Program-made: the position numbers and the translations under genes
NCBI GenBank assembly: GCA_964436165.1
Contig: CAYTBY010000001.1
Coordinates: 73,452-137,451, forward strand
Source: an uncultured Candidatus Saccharibacteria bacterium
Lineage (GTDB): Bacteria > Patescibacteriota > Minisyncoccia > 2-02-FULL-40-12 > GWA2-44-9
Direction of reading: 5' to 3'
Length of the DNA: 64,000 nt
In this document: positions 1 through 8,943 of the stretch, in pieces
Layout of the letters: every line of letters begins with the position of its first letter
Position numbering within the stretch: position 1 is the stretch's first letter
Notes under the pieces: model-generated
What the model was told of the DNA's origin: nothing
What the model saw: the letters and a program-made list of their open reading frames with translations, nothing else
Databases searched by the model: none

Positions 1-2373
1 TTGGGCCTTAGCGTGGGGTGTATAAACCATGATGGAAGCTACTTGTATGACGAAGGTCATACAACAAATCCCAAATCCCAAATCCCAAATTCCAAACAAA
101 TTCCAAATTCCAATGATCCCTCCTTCGCTGAAGCTTCCACCGTCGCTAAAGCTATGGCGGACAAGTCGGCGGGCAGGCAAAATTCAAAAGAAGAAAAATT
201 GGATAAAGAAAGAGATTTAACCGGAAGTTTCCATGTTGTTCATGAATTTTTGCGGCCGGTGACGAAGAAAGAGGCTTATGGCGCCGATATTACCTATGGT
301 ACTAATAATGAATATGGATTTGATTATTTGCGCGACAATATGGCCTACGATTCAAATCAGATGGCCCAAAGAACCGAGCACTCATTTGCAATCGTTGACG
401 AAGTCGATTCTATTTTAATTGACGAAGCCAGAACCCCGCTTATTATTTCCGCTCCCGACATTGATTCCGGAAAACTATACGAGACATTTTCCAGGGTTGT
501 CCCGAGTTTAAAAGAGAATGATGACTACAACGTTGATGAAAAACTCAAAGCTGTTTCTATAACTGAAAGCGGAATTGAAAAAGTTGAGAAAATGCTCGGT
601 CTTTCAAATATTTATGATGAAGGCGGAGTCCGTTATGTCCATCATTTGGAGCAAGCTCTAAAAGCCCAAATACTTTTTAGGCGGGATAAGGATTACGTGG
701 TCAAAGAGGGTGAAATTATTATTGTTGATGATTTCACGGGACGTTTAATGCCTGGCCGGCGCTGGTCGGAAGGTCTTCATCAGGCGATTGAGGCCAAAGA
801 GGGTGTCAATGTTCAGAAAGAGTCCCGGACTTTAGCCACTATTACTTTCCAGAATTATTTTCGTTTGTATAAAAAACTTGCCGGTATGACCGGAACGGCT
901 CGAACTTCAGCCGAGGAATTACACAAAGTATACAATATTGAGGTTATTTCCGTGCCGACAAATAAGCCGGCGATAAGAGGTGACTTAGCCGACAGGATTT
1001 ATAAAACAGAAATGGGCAAGTTCAAAGCAGTTGCCCGTGAAATTAAAGAACGAAACGAAAAGGGTCAGCCGGTTCTTATCGGGACGGTTTCTATTGAAAA
1101 AAATGAACTTCTCTCGATGCTTCTTCAGCGCGAAGGCGTTCAGCATAATATTTTAAATGCTAAAAATCATGAGAAAGAAGCAGAAATTATTGCTCAGGCG
1201 GGGCGCTTAGGTGCGGTGACGGTGGCGACCAACATGGCTGGCCGCGGCGTTGACATAATTCTTGGCGGCAACCCTGTTGAAGTCAAACTTCAACAGGGGG
1301 TGCGGGAGGCGGGGGGACTGCATGTAATTGGCACGGAGCGGCATGAAGCCCGCAGAATAGACGATCAGCTTCGCGGCCGTTCCGGCCGACAGGGCGATCC
1401 AGGTTCTTCTCAGTTTTTTGTTTCGACCGAAGATGATGTTATCCGCGTTTTTGGCGGTGACCGTCTGACGAATCTAATGAATACCCTTGGGATAGGGGAA
1501 GACGATGTTATAGAAAATCGTTTTGTTTCTCGGGCGATTGAGCAGGCCCAGTCAAGGATTGAAGGCCATAATTTTGATATTCGCAAATACGTTCTTGAGT
1601 ATGATGATGTGATGAATAAACACCGTGATGCCATCTATCGTTTGCGCAAAGAAATTTTGTTTTCTGATAATATTAAAGAAACTGTTTTGGGTTATGTTCT
1701 TGATGTCGTTAATCAAATAGTTATTCTCCATGCCCCTGAAGGAGAAACGGCCGAGTGGAATTTAGAAGAAATAGCCGAATCAATCAAAGCCCTTGTTGGT
1801 AGTCCGTCATCCGCCCCTTCTGGCGGAGGCGGAGGTTCTTTGCATTCTGAACTTCTGGAAGTTTCAAGCGATAAGAATTTTCATAAATTGTCAGAATATA
1901 TTCTTGATTATGTGACCAAGACCTATGAGGCTAAAGAGGGGGAAGTTGGAATTGAGATGATGAGACAACTTGAAAAGTTTGTTCTCTTGAGAACAATAGA
2001 CGAACTTTGGATGGATCATATTGAAGCGATGGAGTCGTTGCGTGAGTCGGTTCGTTTACGGGCTTACGGCCAGCGTGATCCGTTGATAGAATATAAAATC
2101 GAGGGTCAAAAAATGTTTGAGAATCTGCAAAATACGATCAAAGGCCAAGTGGCTAACCTCATTTTCAAAGTTTCGTTTATCCAACAACCGTGGGAAGTTA
2201 AGATGGAAGAGCGGAGACCTGATATTGTGGATAACGAATTAAGAAGTAAGAATAATGGTTTGGATGCTCAAAACCAAAATTCAAAATCCCAAATTCGTAA
2301 TTCAGCAGTTGGCCGCAACGACCCTTGTCCCTGTGGTAGCGGGAAGAAGTATAAGAAGTGTCATGGGGTCTAG
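1..2373 (+). CDS. secA: Preprotein translocase ATPase SecA, 5'-partial (ORF enters from window edge)
   Basis: Motifs KEAYGADITYGTNNEYGFDYLRDNMA, MAGRGVDIILGGN and RGRSGRQGDPGSS. C-terminal zinc finger NDPCPCGSGKKYKKCHG. Stop at 2371-2373. Confidence 0.9.
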   Translation: MGLSVGCINHDGSYLYDEGHTTNPKSQIPNSKQIPNSNDPSFAEASTVAKAMADKSAGRQNSKEEKLDKERDLTGSFHVVHEFLRPVTKKEAYGADITYGTNNEYGFDYLRDNMAYDSNQMAQRTEHSFAIVDEVDSILIDEARTPLIISAPDIDSGKLYETFSRVVPSLKENDDYNVDEKLKAVSITESGIEKVEKMLGLSNIYDEGGVRYVHHLEQALKAQILFRRDKDYVVKEGEIIIVDDFTGRLMPGRRWSEGLHQAIEAKEGVNVQKESRTLATITFQNYFRLYKKLAGMTGTARTSAEELHKVYNIEVISVPTNKPAIRGDLADRIYKTEMGKFKAVAREIKERNEKGQPVLIGTVSIEKNELLSMLLQREGVQHNILNAKNHEKEAEIIAQAGRLGAVTVATNMAGRGVDIILGGNPVEVKLQQGVREAGGLHVIGTERHEARRIDDQLRGRSGRQGDPGSSQFFVSTEDDVIRVFGGDRLTNLMNTLGIGEDDVIENRFVSRAIEQAQSRIEGHNFDIRKYVLEYDDVMNKHRDAIYRLRKEILFSDNIKETVLGYVLDVVNQIVILHAPEGETAEWNLEEIAESIKALVGSPSSAPSGGGGGSLHSELLEVSSDKNFHKLSEYILDYVTKTYEAKEGEVGIEMMRQLEKFVLLRTIDELWMDHIEAMESLRESVRLRAYGQRDPLIEYKIEGQKMFENLQNTIKGQVANLIFKVSFIQQPWEVKMEERRPDIVDNELRSKNNGLDAQNQNSKSQIRNSAVGRNDPCPCGSGKKYKKCHGV
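61..115 (+). repeat. Tandem heptamer repeat (CAAATCC/CAAATTC x about 7) inside secA coding sequence, encoding NPKSQIPNSKQIPNS
   Basis: Direct reading: caaatcccaaatcccaaatcccaaattccaaacaaattccaaattcc. A related caaaatcccaaattc recurs near the secA 3' end at about 2263-2300. Confidence 0.6.
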
Positions 2374-2439
2374 CGGATTTGACCCATGGCTACTAATATT
2401 TTACAATCCCTCTTAGTTTTATTGAAAATTATAAGGGGT

Positions 2440-4572
2440 ATGACGATGGAATTTAGTGCGTGGATAGCCGTTGGTTTAGTAGCTATTTTCGCTGTTTTTG
2501 TAAATAAAGATTCTCATCCTATGCCTAAAACTAAAAAAGTAGAAGTTATTGATGACATTCATGGAATAAAAGTCTCCGATCCTTATCGATGGCTCGAAGA
2601 AAATACTTCTCCTGAAGTGCAAGCTTGGGTTGACGAACAAAATGTCCATACCCGCTCACTCATTGACAAGATTAAATCGCGTGATGCGATCAAAGTGCGC
2701 ATGCGTGAACTTTTCAATCTAGATACGGTTGCAGTCCCTTATCCAAAGAATGGTCATTATTTTTTCGTCGAGCGTAAAGGCGGTCAGGATCTTGGTGTAC
2801 TTTATGTCCAAGACGGATTACTGGCTTCGCCACGTGTTCTCATAGATCAAAACACTCTTTCACCGGATAAAAAGACAGTCCTTTCAGGATGGACACCTTC
2901 GGAAGATGGCAAACTTTTAGCATACGGACTTTCCAAGACTGCTAATGATCGCAATAGTATTCGGATTCTGGACGTATCTTCAGGTAAAGATTTGTCTGAT
3001 GAAATTCCGGAAACTGGATATCCGAGTTTTGGAGCTTGGTCGTATGACGGTACCGGATTCTGGTATGTCCGTAGAGATCCAAATGCTCCCGAAAATGGCG
3101 AAGAGAAGTTCTATAAACGGATTTTCTATCATAGGCTAGGTGATGATCCCAAAAATGATGTTATTGTTTTTGGTGACGGCCGTGAAAAAACCGACTATCT
3201 TGGAGCTCAGGCTTCAAAAGACGGTCGGTGGTTGCTCGTTAGTGCCTATGTTACTACCGGAGAAAAACCAAGAAACGAACTTTACTTAAAAGATTTGCAA
3301 GATATTCAAGGTGGATTCATAATCGTTGTTGAAGGGAAAGATGCTATTTTTGGAGCAACATTTCATCGCGGTCTTCTGTATATCCTTACTAATTATAAAG
3401 CCCCGAATTGGACTATCAGGTCTGTTTCGCTTGAAAATGTTGGTGGAGGCATGGTCCAATGGAATACGGTTATTCCGGAAAATGACAATGCGGTTATTGA
3501 AACTTTCCTTACAGTTAAAAATCGTCTTTTTGTGCAGACACTCGAAAATGTTCATTCGGTTCTGGGGGAATATAGGCTCGACGGTTCTGTATTACAGGAA
3601 ATTCCACTTCCGTCTCTGGGTACGCTTGGTGGTATAACCGGCGAAGACGAAGGAGAGGAAATCTTTTTTGGTTTTACTTCATTCGTGGTTCCGCACAATG
3701 TCTATCGTCGGGATCTTAGTAATGGGGCAGTGAGTCTTTTCAAGAAAGCTGAAGGCGGGATTCAAGAGTCAGATTTTCAAGTAGAACAGAGATGGTATCA
3801 GTCAAAAGACGGGACCAAAGTCCCGATGTTCATAGTTTCAAAGAAGGGATTACAGCGAGATGGTAAAAATCCAACCATGCTGTACGGTTATGGAGGATTT
3901 AACATTTCTATTACGCCAAGCTTTACTAAAACAACCGTTTCTTTCCTTGAAGCGGGTGGGGTATACGTAGAGGCTAATCTTCGTGGCGGATCAGAGTTCG
4001 GCGAAAAGTGGCACGAAGGCGGTATGCGTAAGAATAAACAGAATGTATTTGACGATTTTATTGTAGCGGCAGAATTTCTTATCAGTGAAAAATATACTTC
4101 GAAAAATAAACTTGCTATTTTTGGCTGGTCAAACGGCGGACTTCTTGCTGGAGCTTGCCTCACCCAACGGCCGGATCTATACAAAGCCGTAGTGATCGGT
4201 AATCCTGTCCTTGATATGCTTCGCTATCATTTATTTGATGGCGGGCGTCTTTGGATTCCAGATTATGGATCCGCAGAAGAAGCGGATATGGCGCCTTACC
4301 TATTAAGCTATAGTCCATACCACAATGTTCGAAAGGGGACTAAATATCCATCAACCCTAATTCTTACTTCGGATAGTGATGACCGGGTTCATCCTGGACA
4401 GGCGTATAAAACAGTGGCCAGGCTTCAAGAGGCAAATATTTCCAAAAACCCGATTCTATTGCGGGTTGAAACAAAAGCTGGACATGGCGGTGCGGCGGCT
4501 ATTTCTGCTACCATTGAACAGTACGCCGATATCTGGAGTTTTGTATTCTGGCAGTTAGGGGTTAAAAACTAA
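2440..4572 (+). CDS. Prolyl oligopeptidase (S9A serine peptidase) with N-terminal membrane anchor
   Basis: Catalytic-region motifs GWSNGGLL (Ser), SDSDDRVHP (Asp) and AGHGG (His). N-terminal hydrophobic helix. RBS taagggg before ATG 2440. An in-frame ATG at 2386 is an alternative start. Confidence 0.8.
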   Translation: MTMEFSAWIAVGLVAIFAVFVNKDSHPMPKTKKVEVIDDIHGIKVSDPYRWLEENTSPEVQAWVDEQNVHTRSLIDKIKSRDAIKVRMRELFNLDTVAVPYPKNGHYFFVERKGGQDLGVLYVQDGLLASPRVLIDQNTLSPDKKTVLSGWTPSEDGKLLAYGLSKTANDRNSIRILDVSSGKDLSDEIPETGYPSFGAWSYDGTGFWYVRRDPNAPENGEEKFYKRIFYHRLGDDPKNDVIVFGDGREKTDYLGAQASKDGRWLLVSAYVTTGEKPRNELYLKDLQDIQGGFIIVVEGKDAIFGATFHRGLLYILTNYKAPNWTIRSVSLENVGGGMVQWNTVIPENDNAVIETFLTVKNRLFVQTLENVHSVLGEYRLDGSVLQEIPLPSLGTLGGITGEDEGEEIFFGFTSFVVPHNVYRRDLSNGAVSLFKKAEGGIQESDFQVEQRWYQSKDGTKVPMFIVSKKGLQRDGKNPTMLYGYGGFNISITPSFTKTTVSFLEAGGVYVEANLRGGSEFGEKWHEGGMRKNKQNVFDDFIVAAEFLISEKYTSKNKLAIFGWSNGGLLAGACLTQRPDLYKAVVIGNPVLDMLRYHLFDGGRLWIPDYGSAEEADMAPYLLSYSPYHNVRKGTKYPSTLILTSDSDDRVHPGQAYKTVARLQEANISKNPILLRVETKAGHGGAAAISATIEQYADIWSFVFWQLGVKN

Positions 4573-4600
4573 GCAGTCATATTTGACTGCTTTTATTTTT
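4573..4600 (+). terminator. Rho-independent terminator after the peptidase gene
   Basis: gcagtcatatttgactgc hairpin followed by ttttattttt. Confidence 0.55.
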
Positions 4601-4639
4601 AACTGAAATAGTAATATAATAAACCCCATATCCTATTCG

Positions 4640-4869
4640 GCTAGGAGTTATGATATATCATAACAACTTGCGCCGCATGGGTTTAATAACTTTTCATGAA
4701 AACTACTAAAGTTAAAAATAAAAAAGAGAACAAAACCGATTGGAAATATTTTGATGATTGTCTGATCTGCAAAGCTATGGAAAAAGCTGATAAGCGGGGT
4801 AGAAATTTGTCTATGGAAGAATTAAAATCAGCATTTAAAGAACAGAATAAGAAAAATAATAAAACTTAA
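4640..4869 (+). repeat. Copy 1 of a duplicated module of about 230 bp (half-palindrome operator plus 57-aa CxxC gene); paralogous to 9380-9618
   Basis: About 85% nucleotide identity to 9380-9600, including gctaggagttatgatatatcataac, atgggtttaataa and the first approximately 90 nt of the small ORF. Confidence 0.7.
4696..4869 (+). CDS. Small lysine-rich CxxC protein (57 aa), hypothetical
   Basis: ORF MKTTKVKNKKENKTDWKYFDDCLICKAM... Its stop TAA directly abuts the ATG of the next gene (translational coupling). Paralog at 9436-9618. Confidence 0.5.
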   Translation: MKTTKVKNKKENKTDWKYFDDCLICKAMEKADKRGRNLSMEELKSAFKEQNKKNNKT

Positions 4870-6342
4870 ATGAAGAAGGGTACAATTGGAAAAGTTGTAG
4901 ATTACTATTTTTCAAATCCACAATATTTGAGGGAGGTTGAGGGGGCGATGATAGAATTTTTTGAGGTCGAATCAGCTCAAGCGCTAAGAAGAAGGAGTAT
5001 GGATGAAAAAGAACTTGGATTTTTTACCGAATGGTTTATCTTTGATTATCAATGGAGAGATGGGGGAACTACGTTGGAAAGTTTTTGTGATAACAATCCG
5101 CTTGGTTTTGAGAAGGCAGATTTACAAATATATAAAGATTTACAGGCAAATCTCTATGGCATGTGGGAAGTGGTCTCTGTCGAGCCTGGCAAAAGTCTCG
5201 AATTGGAAAATCTACAGACCGGTAAAAAGTTCAACGTCAAAGAATATAAAGCCACTTTCCAATTACGTCCCAAAGACATTTTTTATAATCGCCTTGCCTT
5301 CATAGATAGCCGTTGGGAAATCGTAGGAGCTGATTCGTTCAATCTTGGCATTAAATTCAATAAATCCGTTAAGGAAATATGGCGAAAAGATAGATCTTTG
5401 ATTACCCCAAAAGATGCTGTTAAGATGTGGGATAGTCATTCTGATAATGGTGTTGAGTCGCATGGTGATTTGCGATCAATAGAAGAAGTGGAAGAAAAAT
5501 TTTCCAGGATGCTGAAGAAATTTAAGATTGATACTTTTGTTACAACGGGGCTAGTTAAAAAATGGATATACAATCTTAAACGTAATGCTACGGCACATAC
5601 AGAGATTATCGATCGTCTAACCGGATTGGTAAATTTTAACGATCTCGGTGAATCGCTAGACATAGAAGATCTCATCGGTTCATATAATGATTTTTATAAT
5701 TTATGTCTGCAAAAAGGTTTAAAAAATAAATCGCCCGGCCAGCTTGTAGCCGAAAGGGATAATTCTTATGAACCTGATTTTGAAATGAACATTACGCCTA
5801 TTGGCCACGGCGAAGATTTGGATAAATTATATGAGAAGGCTTTTAACGAAATGAATTCGGGAGATTATTATAACGCGCTCAAGAGTTTCGATAGGTGTTT
5901 TAAAGAATTTTTAAAAAGGCGTACCACAGTATTTTATATTTATCGTTTATATGCAAATAAGGCAGTATCTCATTTTGCATGTGGACAAAGAGCTGAAGGC
6001 AAAAAGATGGTCGATATGGCCTTAGAATTAAATCCGAATTATGATTTTGGTCAAAAACTCTTGCGTCAATATAAGGATGGTGAGTTCGATTTTGATATTA
6101 AGAAAATATTAGGGATAAAATTGTCTACAAATTATCTTAAAAAAGACTCTTCAGAACTTTATTATGACTTCCTTAAAACATTGGGTATTAATTTTGCCAC
6201 GCCAACTCTAACTACTTCGGAGATTAGGATATACAATCCAAAAGGCGAGCTTGTGAAAGCTGGCCGGAATGATCCTTGTCCGTGCAAAGCCAAGCATCCC
6301 GATGGCCGTTTCAAAAAGTTTAAACATTGTCACGGCCGGTAA
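4870..6342 (+). CDS. SEC-C motif domain protein (490 aa) with TPR-like C-terminal region; function unknown
   Basis: C-terminal NDPCPCKAKHPDGRFKKFKHCHGR matches the SecA C-terminal zinc-binding (SEC-C) motif seen in this window's secA. The rest is unassignable. Confidence 0.55.
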   Translation: MKKGTIGKVVDYYFSNPQYLREVEGAMIEFFEVESAQALRRRSMDEKELGFFTEWFIFDYQWRDGGTTLESFCDNNPLGFEKADLQIYKDLQANLYGMWEVVSVEPGKSLELENLQTGKKFNVKEYKATFQLRPKDIFYNRLAFIDSRWEIVGADSFNLGIKFNKSVKEIWRKDRSLITPKDAVKMWDSHSDNGVESHGDLRSIEEVEEKFSRMLKKFKIDTFVTTGLVKKWIYNLKRNATAHTEIIDRLTGLVNFNDLGESLDIEDLIGSYNDFYNLCLQKGLKNKSPGQLVAERDNSYEPDFEMNITPIGHGEDLDKLYEKAFNEMNSGDYYNALKSFDRCFKEFLKRRTTVFYIYRLYANKAVSHFACGQRAEGKKMVDMALELNPNYDFGQKLLRQYKDGEFDFDIKKILGIKLSTNYLKKDSSELYYDFLKTLGINFATPTLTTSEIRIYNPKGELVKAGRNDPCPCKAKHPDGRFKKFKHCHGR

Positions 6343-6457
6343 AGTTGCTGCACGATTCACTAAGCGGTTATTGGGCCACAAGATAGTTGGCATCCTTTGA
6401 CACAATATAAACTAAGTGATAAGATAGTATATATCTACAAAAGACGCATAGACTTTT

Positions 6458-7588
6458 ATGAATATCGAAATCGGTAAGAATATAATACAAAAAGGAGGAT
6501 TTAAGGCCTTTATCCCTAATACCTTCCCCCCTAGGGGCATTTTTAACCTACCCCAAGATATTTTGATAAAAGCTGCCGAAGCCGATCGTTTAGTCGGTAA
6601 ATTAGATGGGGTAACTCATACACTCCCTGATGTCGATTTTTTTCTCTCGATGTTTGTGGCTAAAGATGCTGAATCTTCTTCCCAAATCGAAGGCACTAAG
6701 GCAACTATCATAGATGCCATGGAGATAAAAGCAGGCGTTGCTATAAAAGATACTGATGCCGATGATATTTTGTATTATATTAAGGCACTAAACTATGGAC
6801 TCAAAAGATTAGAAAAATTTCCTTTATCACTTCGTCTAATTCGGGAAATTCACGCACAACTTATGACTGGAGCTCGGGCAACACATTTTTCAGATCCGGG
6901 AGAGTTTCGTAAATCTCAAAATTGGATTGGCGGCACAAGACCTGATAATGCTTCTTTTGTTCCGCCGACCGTAGAAGAAATGCAATGTGCTCTCAATGAT
7001 CTTGAGAAGTTTTTGCATAATGAAAAATCTACTTTGCCTATTATTCATGTTGCTTTGACCCATGCTCAGTTTGAAACTATACACCCTTTTCTTGATGGAA
7101 ATGGAAGGACGGGCCGATTAATAATTACCATGCTCTTGTGCCACAGAAATATGCTCGAAAGACCAGTACTTTTTCTATCTTCGTATTTCAGGAAATATCA
7201 AAAAGTTTATTATCAAAAACTCCTAGGCTATCATTATGGTGAAGTTGGAGCTTGGCTGAACTTTTTTCTTGATGGCGTGATTGAGACAGCTAACAATGGC
7301 ATTTTAGTTTCAAAACAGATAACTAAACTTCGAGAAGATGATATGGCAAAAATTCTGGCGCTTGCCAAAAGAGAATCGGAAAGCGGTGTTTTGGTGTTGC
7401 AAAAATTATATGCTCAGCCAATTGTTTCAACTCGAAATATTATGAAATGGACTGGCTTCAGTCGGGCTGGCGCCCAAAAACTCGTTGATAGATTTATTAA
7501 TCTTGGTATTCTTGAGCTGAAGGATGAGAAAGAAACATATGACCGCACTTATATTTATGGGAAGTATGTTCAGATCTTTACTCAATAG
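6458..7588 (+). CDS. Fic/DOC family protein (class II, N-terminal inhibitory motif present)
   Basis: Fic core motif HPFLDGNGRTGRL. Putative inhibitory motif SSQIEG, matching (S/T)xxxE(G/N), upstream of the core. C-terminal wHTH-like region. Confidence 0.85.
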   Translation: MNIEIGKNIIQKGGFKAFIPNTFPPRGIFNLPQDILIKAAEADRLVGKLDGVTHTLPDVDFFLSMFVAKDAESSSQIEGTKATIIDAMEIKAGVAIKDTDADDILYYIKALNYGLKRLEKFPLSLRLIREIHAQLMTGARATHFSDPGEFRKSQNWIGGTRPDNASFVPPTVEEMQCALNDLEKFLHNEKSTLPIIHVALTHAQFETIHPFLDGNGRTGRLIITMLLCHRNMLERPVLFLSSYFRKYQKVYYQKLLGYHYGEVGAWLNFFLDGVIETANNGILVSKQITKLREDDMAKILALAKRESESGVLVLQKLYAQPIVSTRNIMKWTGFSRAGAQKLVDRFINLGILELKDEKETYDRTYIYGKYVQIFTQ

Positions 7589-7772
7589 AATCGTGAAAAC
7601 AAAAACTAAAAAAGAAATATATTATAAGTGCAGGAAATGTGGCGATGAGATTTATTGGAATACCCGCAAGAAAATGATCCACTGTAAATGTGGCGCTATT
7701 GCTGTAGACGGATGCGAAGATTATATAAGGCTGATTGGCGAAGAAAATGATTATAAGTCAATCAAAAAATAG
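7524..7772 (+). CDS. Small zinc-ribbon protein (CxxC...CxC), hypothetical; start uncertain and overlaps the fic 3' end
   Basis: ORF with YYKCRKCGDEIYW...HCKCGAIAVDGCEDY. No clear RBS; the start may be an internal ATG at about 7557 or 7566. Confidence 0.3.
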   Translation: MRKKHMTALIFMGSMFRSLLNRIVKTKTKKEIYYKCRKCGDEIYWNTRKKMIHCKCGAIAVDGCEDYIRLIGEENDYKSIKK

Positions 7773-7816
7773 TTTCCTAATCGTCTAATCATATCAAAAA
7801 GTGCTATGAGAAATAA
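7773..7816 (+). repeat. Left copy of an imperfect direct repeat of about 45 bp bounding the TA/GNAT cassette
   Basis: tttcctaatcgtctaa is identical at 7773-7788 and 8944-8959. The following approximately 28 nt are similar (…aagtgctatgagaaataa vs …aagtgtcatgggaaataa). Confidence 0.6.
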
Positions 7817-7834
7817 AAAAAATCGCAGAGCGAC

Positions 7835-7873
7835 TTGCATTTTTAAATTGATGTACGTTATAATGTACGTATG
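7835..7873 (+). promoter_or_regulatory. Sigma70-like promoter with direct-repeat operator driving a leaderless phd-relE transcript
   Basis: TTGCAT, then 18 nt, then TATAAT (7859-7864). ATGTACGT repeats flank the -10 element. The ATG at 7871 lies about 7 nt downstream of the -10 with no SD. Confidence 0.5.
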
Positions 7874-8251
7874 AATATAAAGACAACCATACCTATCTCA
7901 GAAGCTAGGAAAAATATATTTAAAATCTCAGAAAAGATTCAAAAACCTGGTGTTTATTTTACTTTCACTGAAAAAGGCAAACCCAAGGGTGTTATTATGT
8001 CAGCCGAAGAGTTTGAATCTTGGACAGAAACAATGGAGGTTATGCAGCAATTTCCCAACCTTGACAAGGATATTGCCGAAGCTGATAGAGCAATCCGGAC
8101 CGGACAATATAAGAGATATCCCACCCTGGATGATCTTAAGAAGGACTGGGGTTTTAAAGTTGCAGAAAAAGTAAATAAAAAAGATGCCATTTCAATTGTA
8201 TCTAAAACCAAAAGTAAGAAAAAAACTTCAAGATATTCGGGAAAAAGATAG
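7871..8251 (+). CDS. Type II antitoxin, Phd/YefM family
   Basis: N-terminus ISEARKNIFKISEKIQKPGVYFTFTEKGKPKGVIMSAEEFESWTETMEV resembles Phd/YefM. The 3' end overlaps the toxin start. Confidence 0.65.
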   Translation: MNIKTTIPISEARKNIFKISEKIQKPGVYFTFTEKGKPKGVIMSAEEFESWTETMEVMQQFPNLDKDIAEADRAIRTGQYKRYPTLDDLKKDWGFKVAEKVNKKDAISIVSKTKSKKKTSRYSGKR

Positions 8252-8435
8252 GAAACGCATTGTCGGTGCTTTTGATTCTATAGTAAATGATCCTTTCTTT
8301 GGGAAGCAACTTCATGGCGAACGAGTCGGTCAATATTCGGTTCGGGTTTGGCCCCATCGAATTATTTATCGTGTTGATAAAAATCGATTACTTGTCATTA
8401 TTATCGAATTTGGTCATCGTCAGGGAATTTATTAA
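8184..8435 (+). CDS. Type II toxin, RelE/ParE family
   Basis: MPFQLYLKPKVRKKLQDIREKDRKRI...YSVRVWPHRIIYRVDKNRLLVIIIEFGHRQ; characteristic RelE/ParE pattern. Confidence 0.8.
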   Translation: MPFQLYLKPKVRKKLQDIREKDRKRIVGAFDSIVNDPFFGKQLHGERVGQYSVRVWPHRIIYRVDKNRLLVIIIEFGHRQGIY

Positions 8436-8438
8436 AAA

Positions 8439-8939
8439 ATGACAGAAAAATTATCTTCAAAATCCGTTGAGAAGAAAGAAAATTTACCTAAAGCCGAAAC
8501 TATAACCGGACAAGAACTTTTTGATTTAATCTATAAAGGAGAATCAGAGCCTCAAGATGATCGCTTTTTAAACTCTAAGGAAGGCGGAGTTTTTAAATAT
8601 TTTAATATCTAAAATCTTATAAATATACATAAAAGTCGTGATAACTTTTTCTATCCTATAATTAAAATTGATAATAAGATCGTTGCCATCTGCGAACTCG
8701 AAAAGAGCCCCTATGAAGAAAATTTATATTGGATAACTGGTGTTTCCGTAGATTCTACTTATCGAGGCAAGCGTTATGCGTCTATGGTTTTAGAAGAGAC
8801 ATTTAGATTTGCCGAAGAAAAAGGCGTTGCATTATTGGGTTCGCGGTATTCTGAGGAAGGATCTGCGAAGTTAAAATCAGTTTGTGATAGATTGGCAGAT
8901 AAATACGGAGTAGAATTTAGGGAGAGTGAGCATCAATAA
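8439..8939 (+). pseudogene. GNAT-family N-acetyltransferase interrupted by an in-frame TAA (8611-8613)
   Basis: A 58-codon ORF (MTEKLSSKSVEKKENL...) and a 108-codon startless ORF (…ITGVSVDSTYRGKRYASMVLEETFRFAEEKG…) lie in the same frame, separated by a single TAA. The GNAT CoA-binding motif is in the second part. Confidence 0.5.
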
Positions 8940-8943
8940 AATC

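Noticed and set aside
29-220. Short ORFs nested in or antisense to long genes (e.g. 29-220, 1410-1634, 3286-3637, 51940-53382 antisense to uvrB, 23153-23830, 63631-63945)
   Set aside because: They overlap longer ORFs that carry clear conserved motifs, have no RBS, and have odd composition. Treated as frame artefacts.
1261-1330. G-rich stretch in secA (cagggggtgcgggaggcggggggactg) as another inserted element
   Set aside because: It encodes the conserved SecA block GGNPVEV…GGLHVIG, so the composition is explained by conserved Gly/Ala codons rather than an insertion.
8611-8613. Global stop-codon reassignment (recoded TAA) explaining the split GNAT gene
   Set aside because: All other genes terminate on standard stops with sensible lengths, and TGA/TAA/TAG all close well-supported ORFs. 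A single nonsense mutation (pseudogene) is the simpler explanation.
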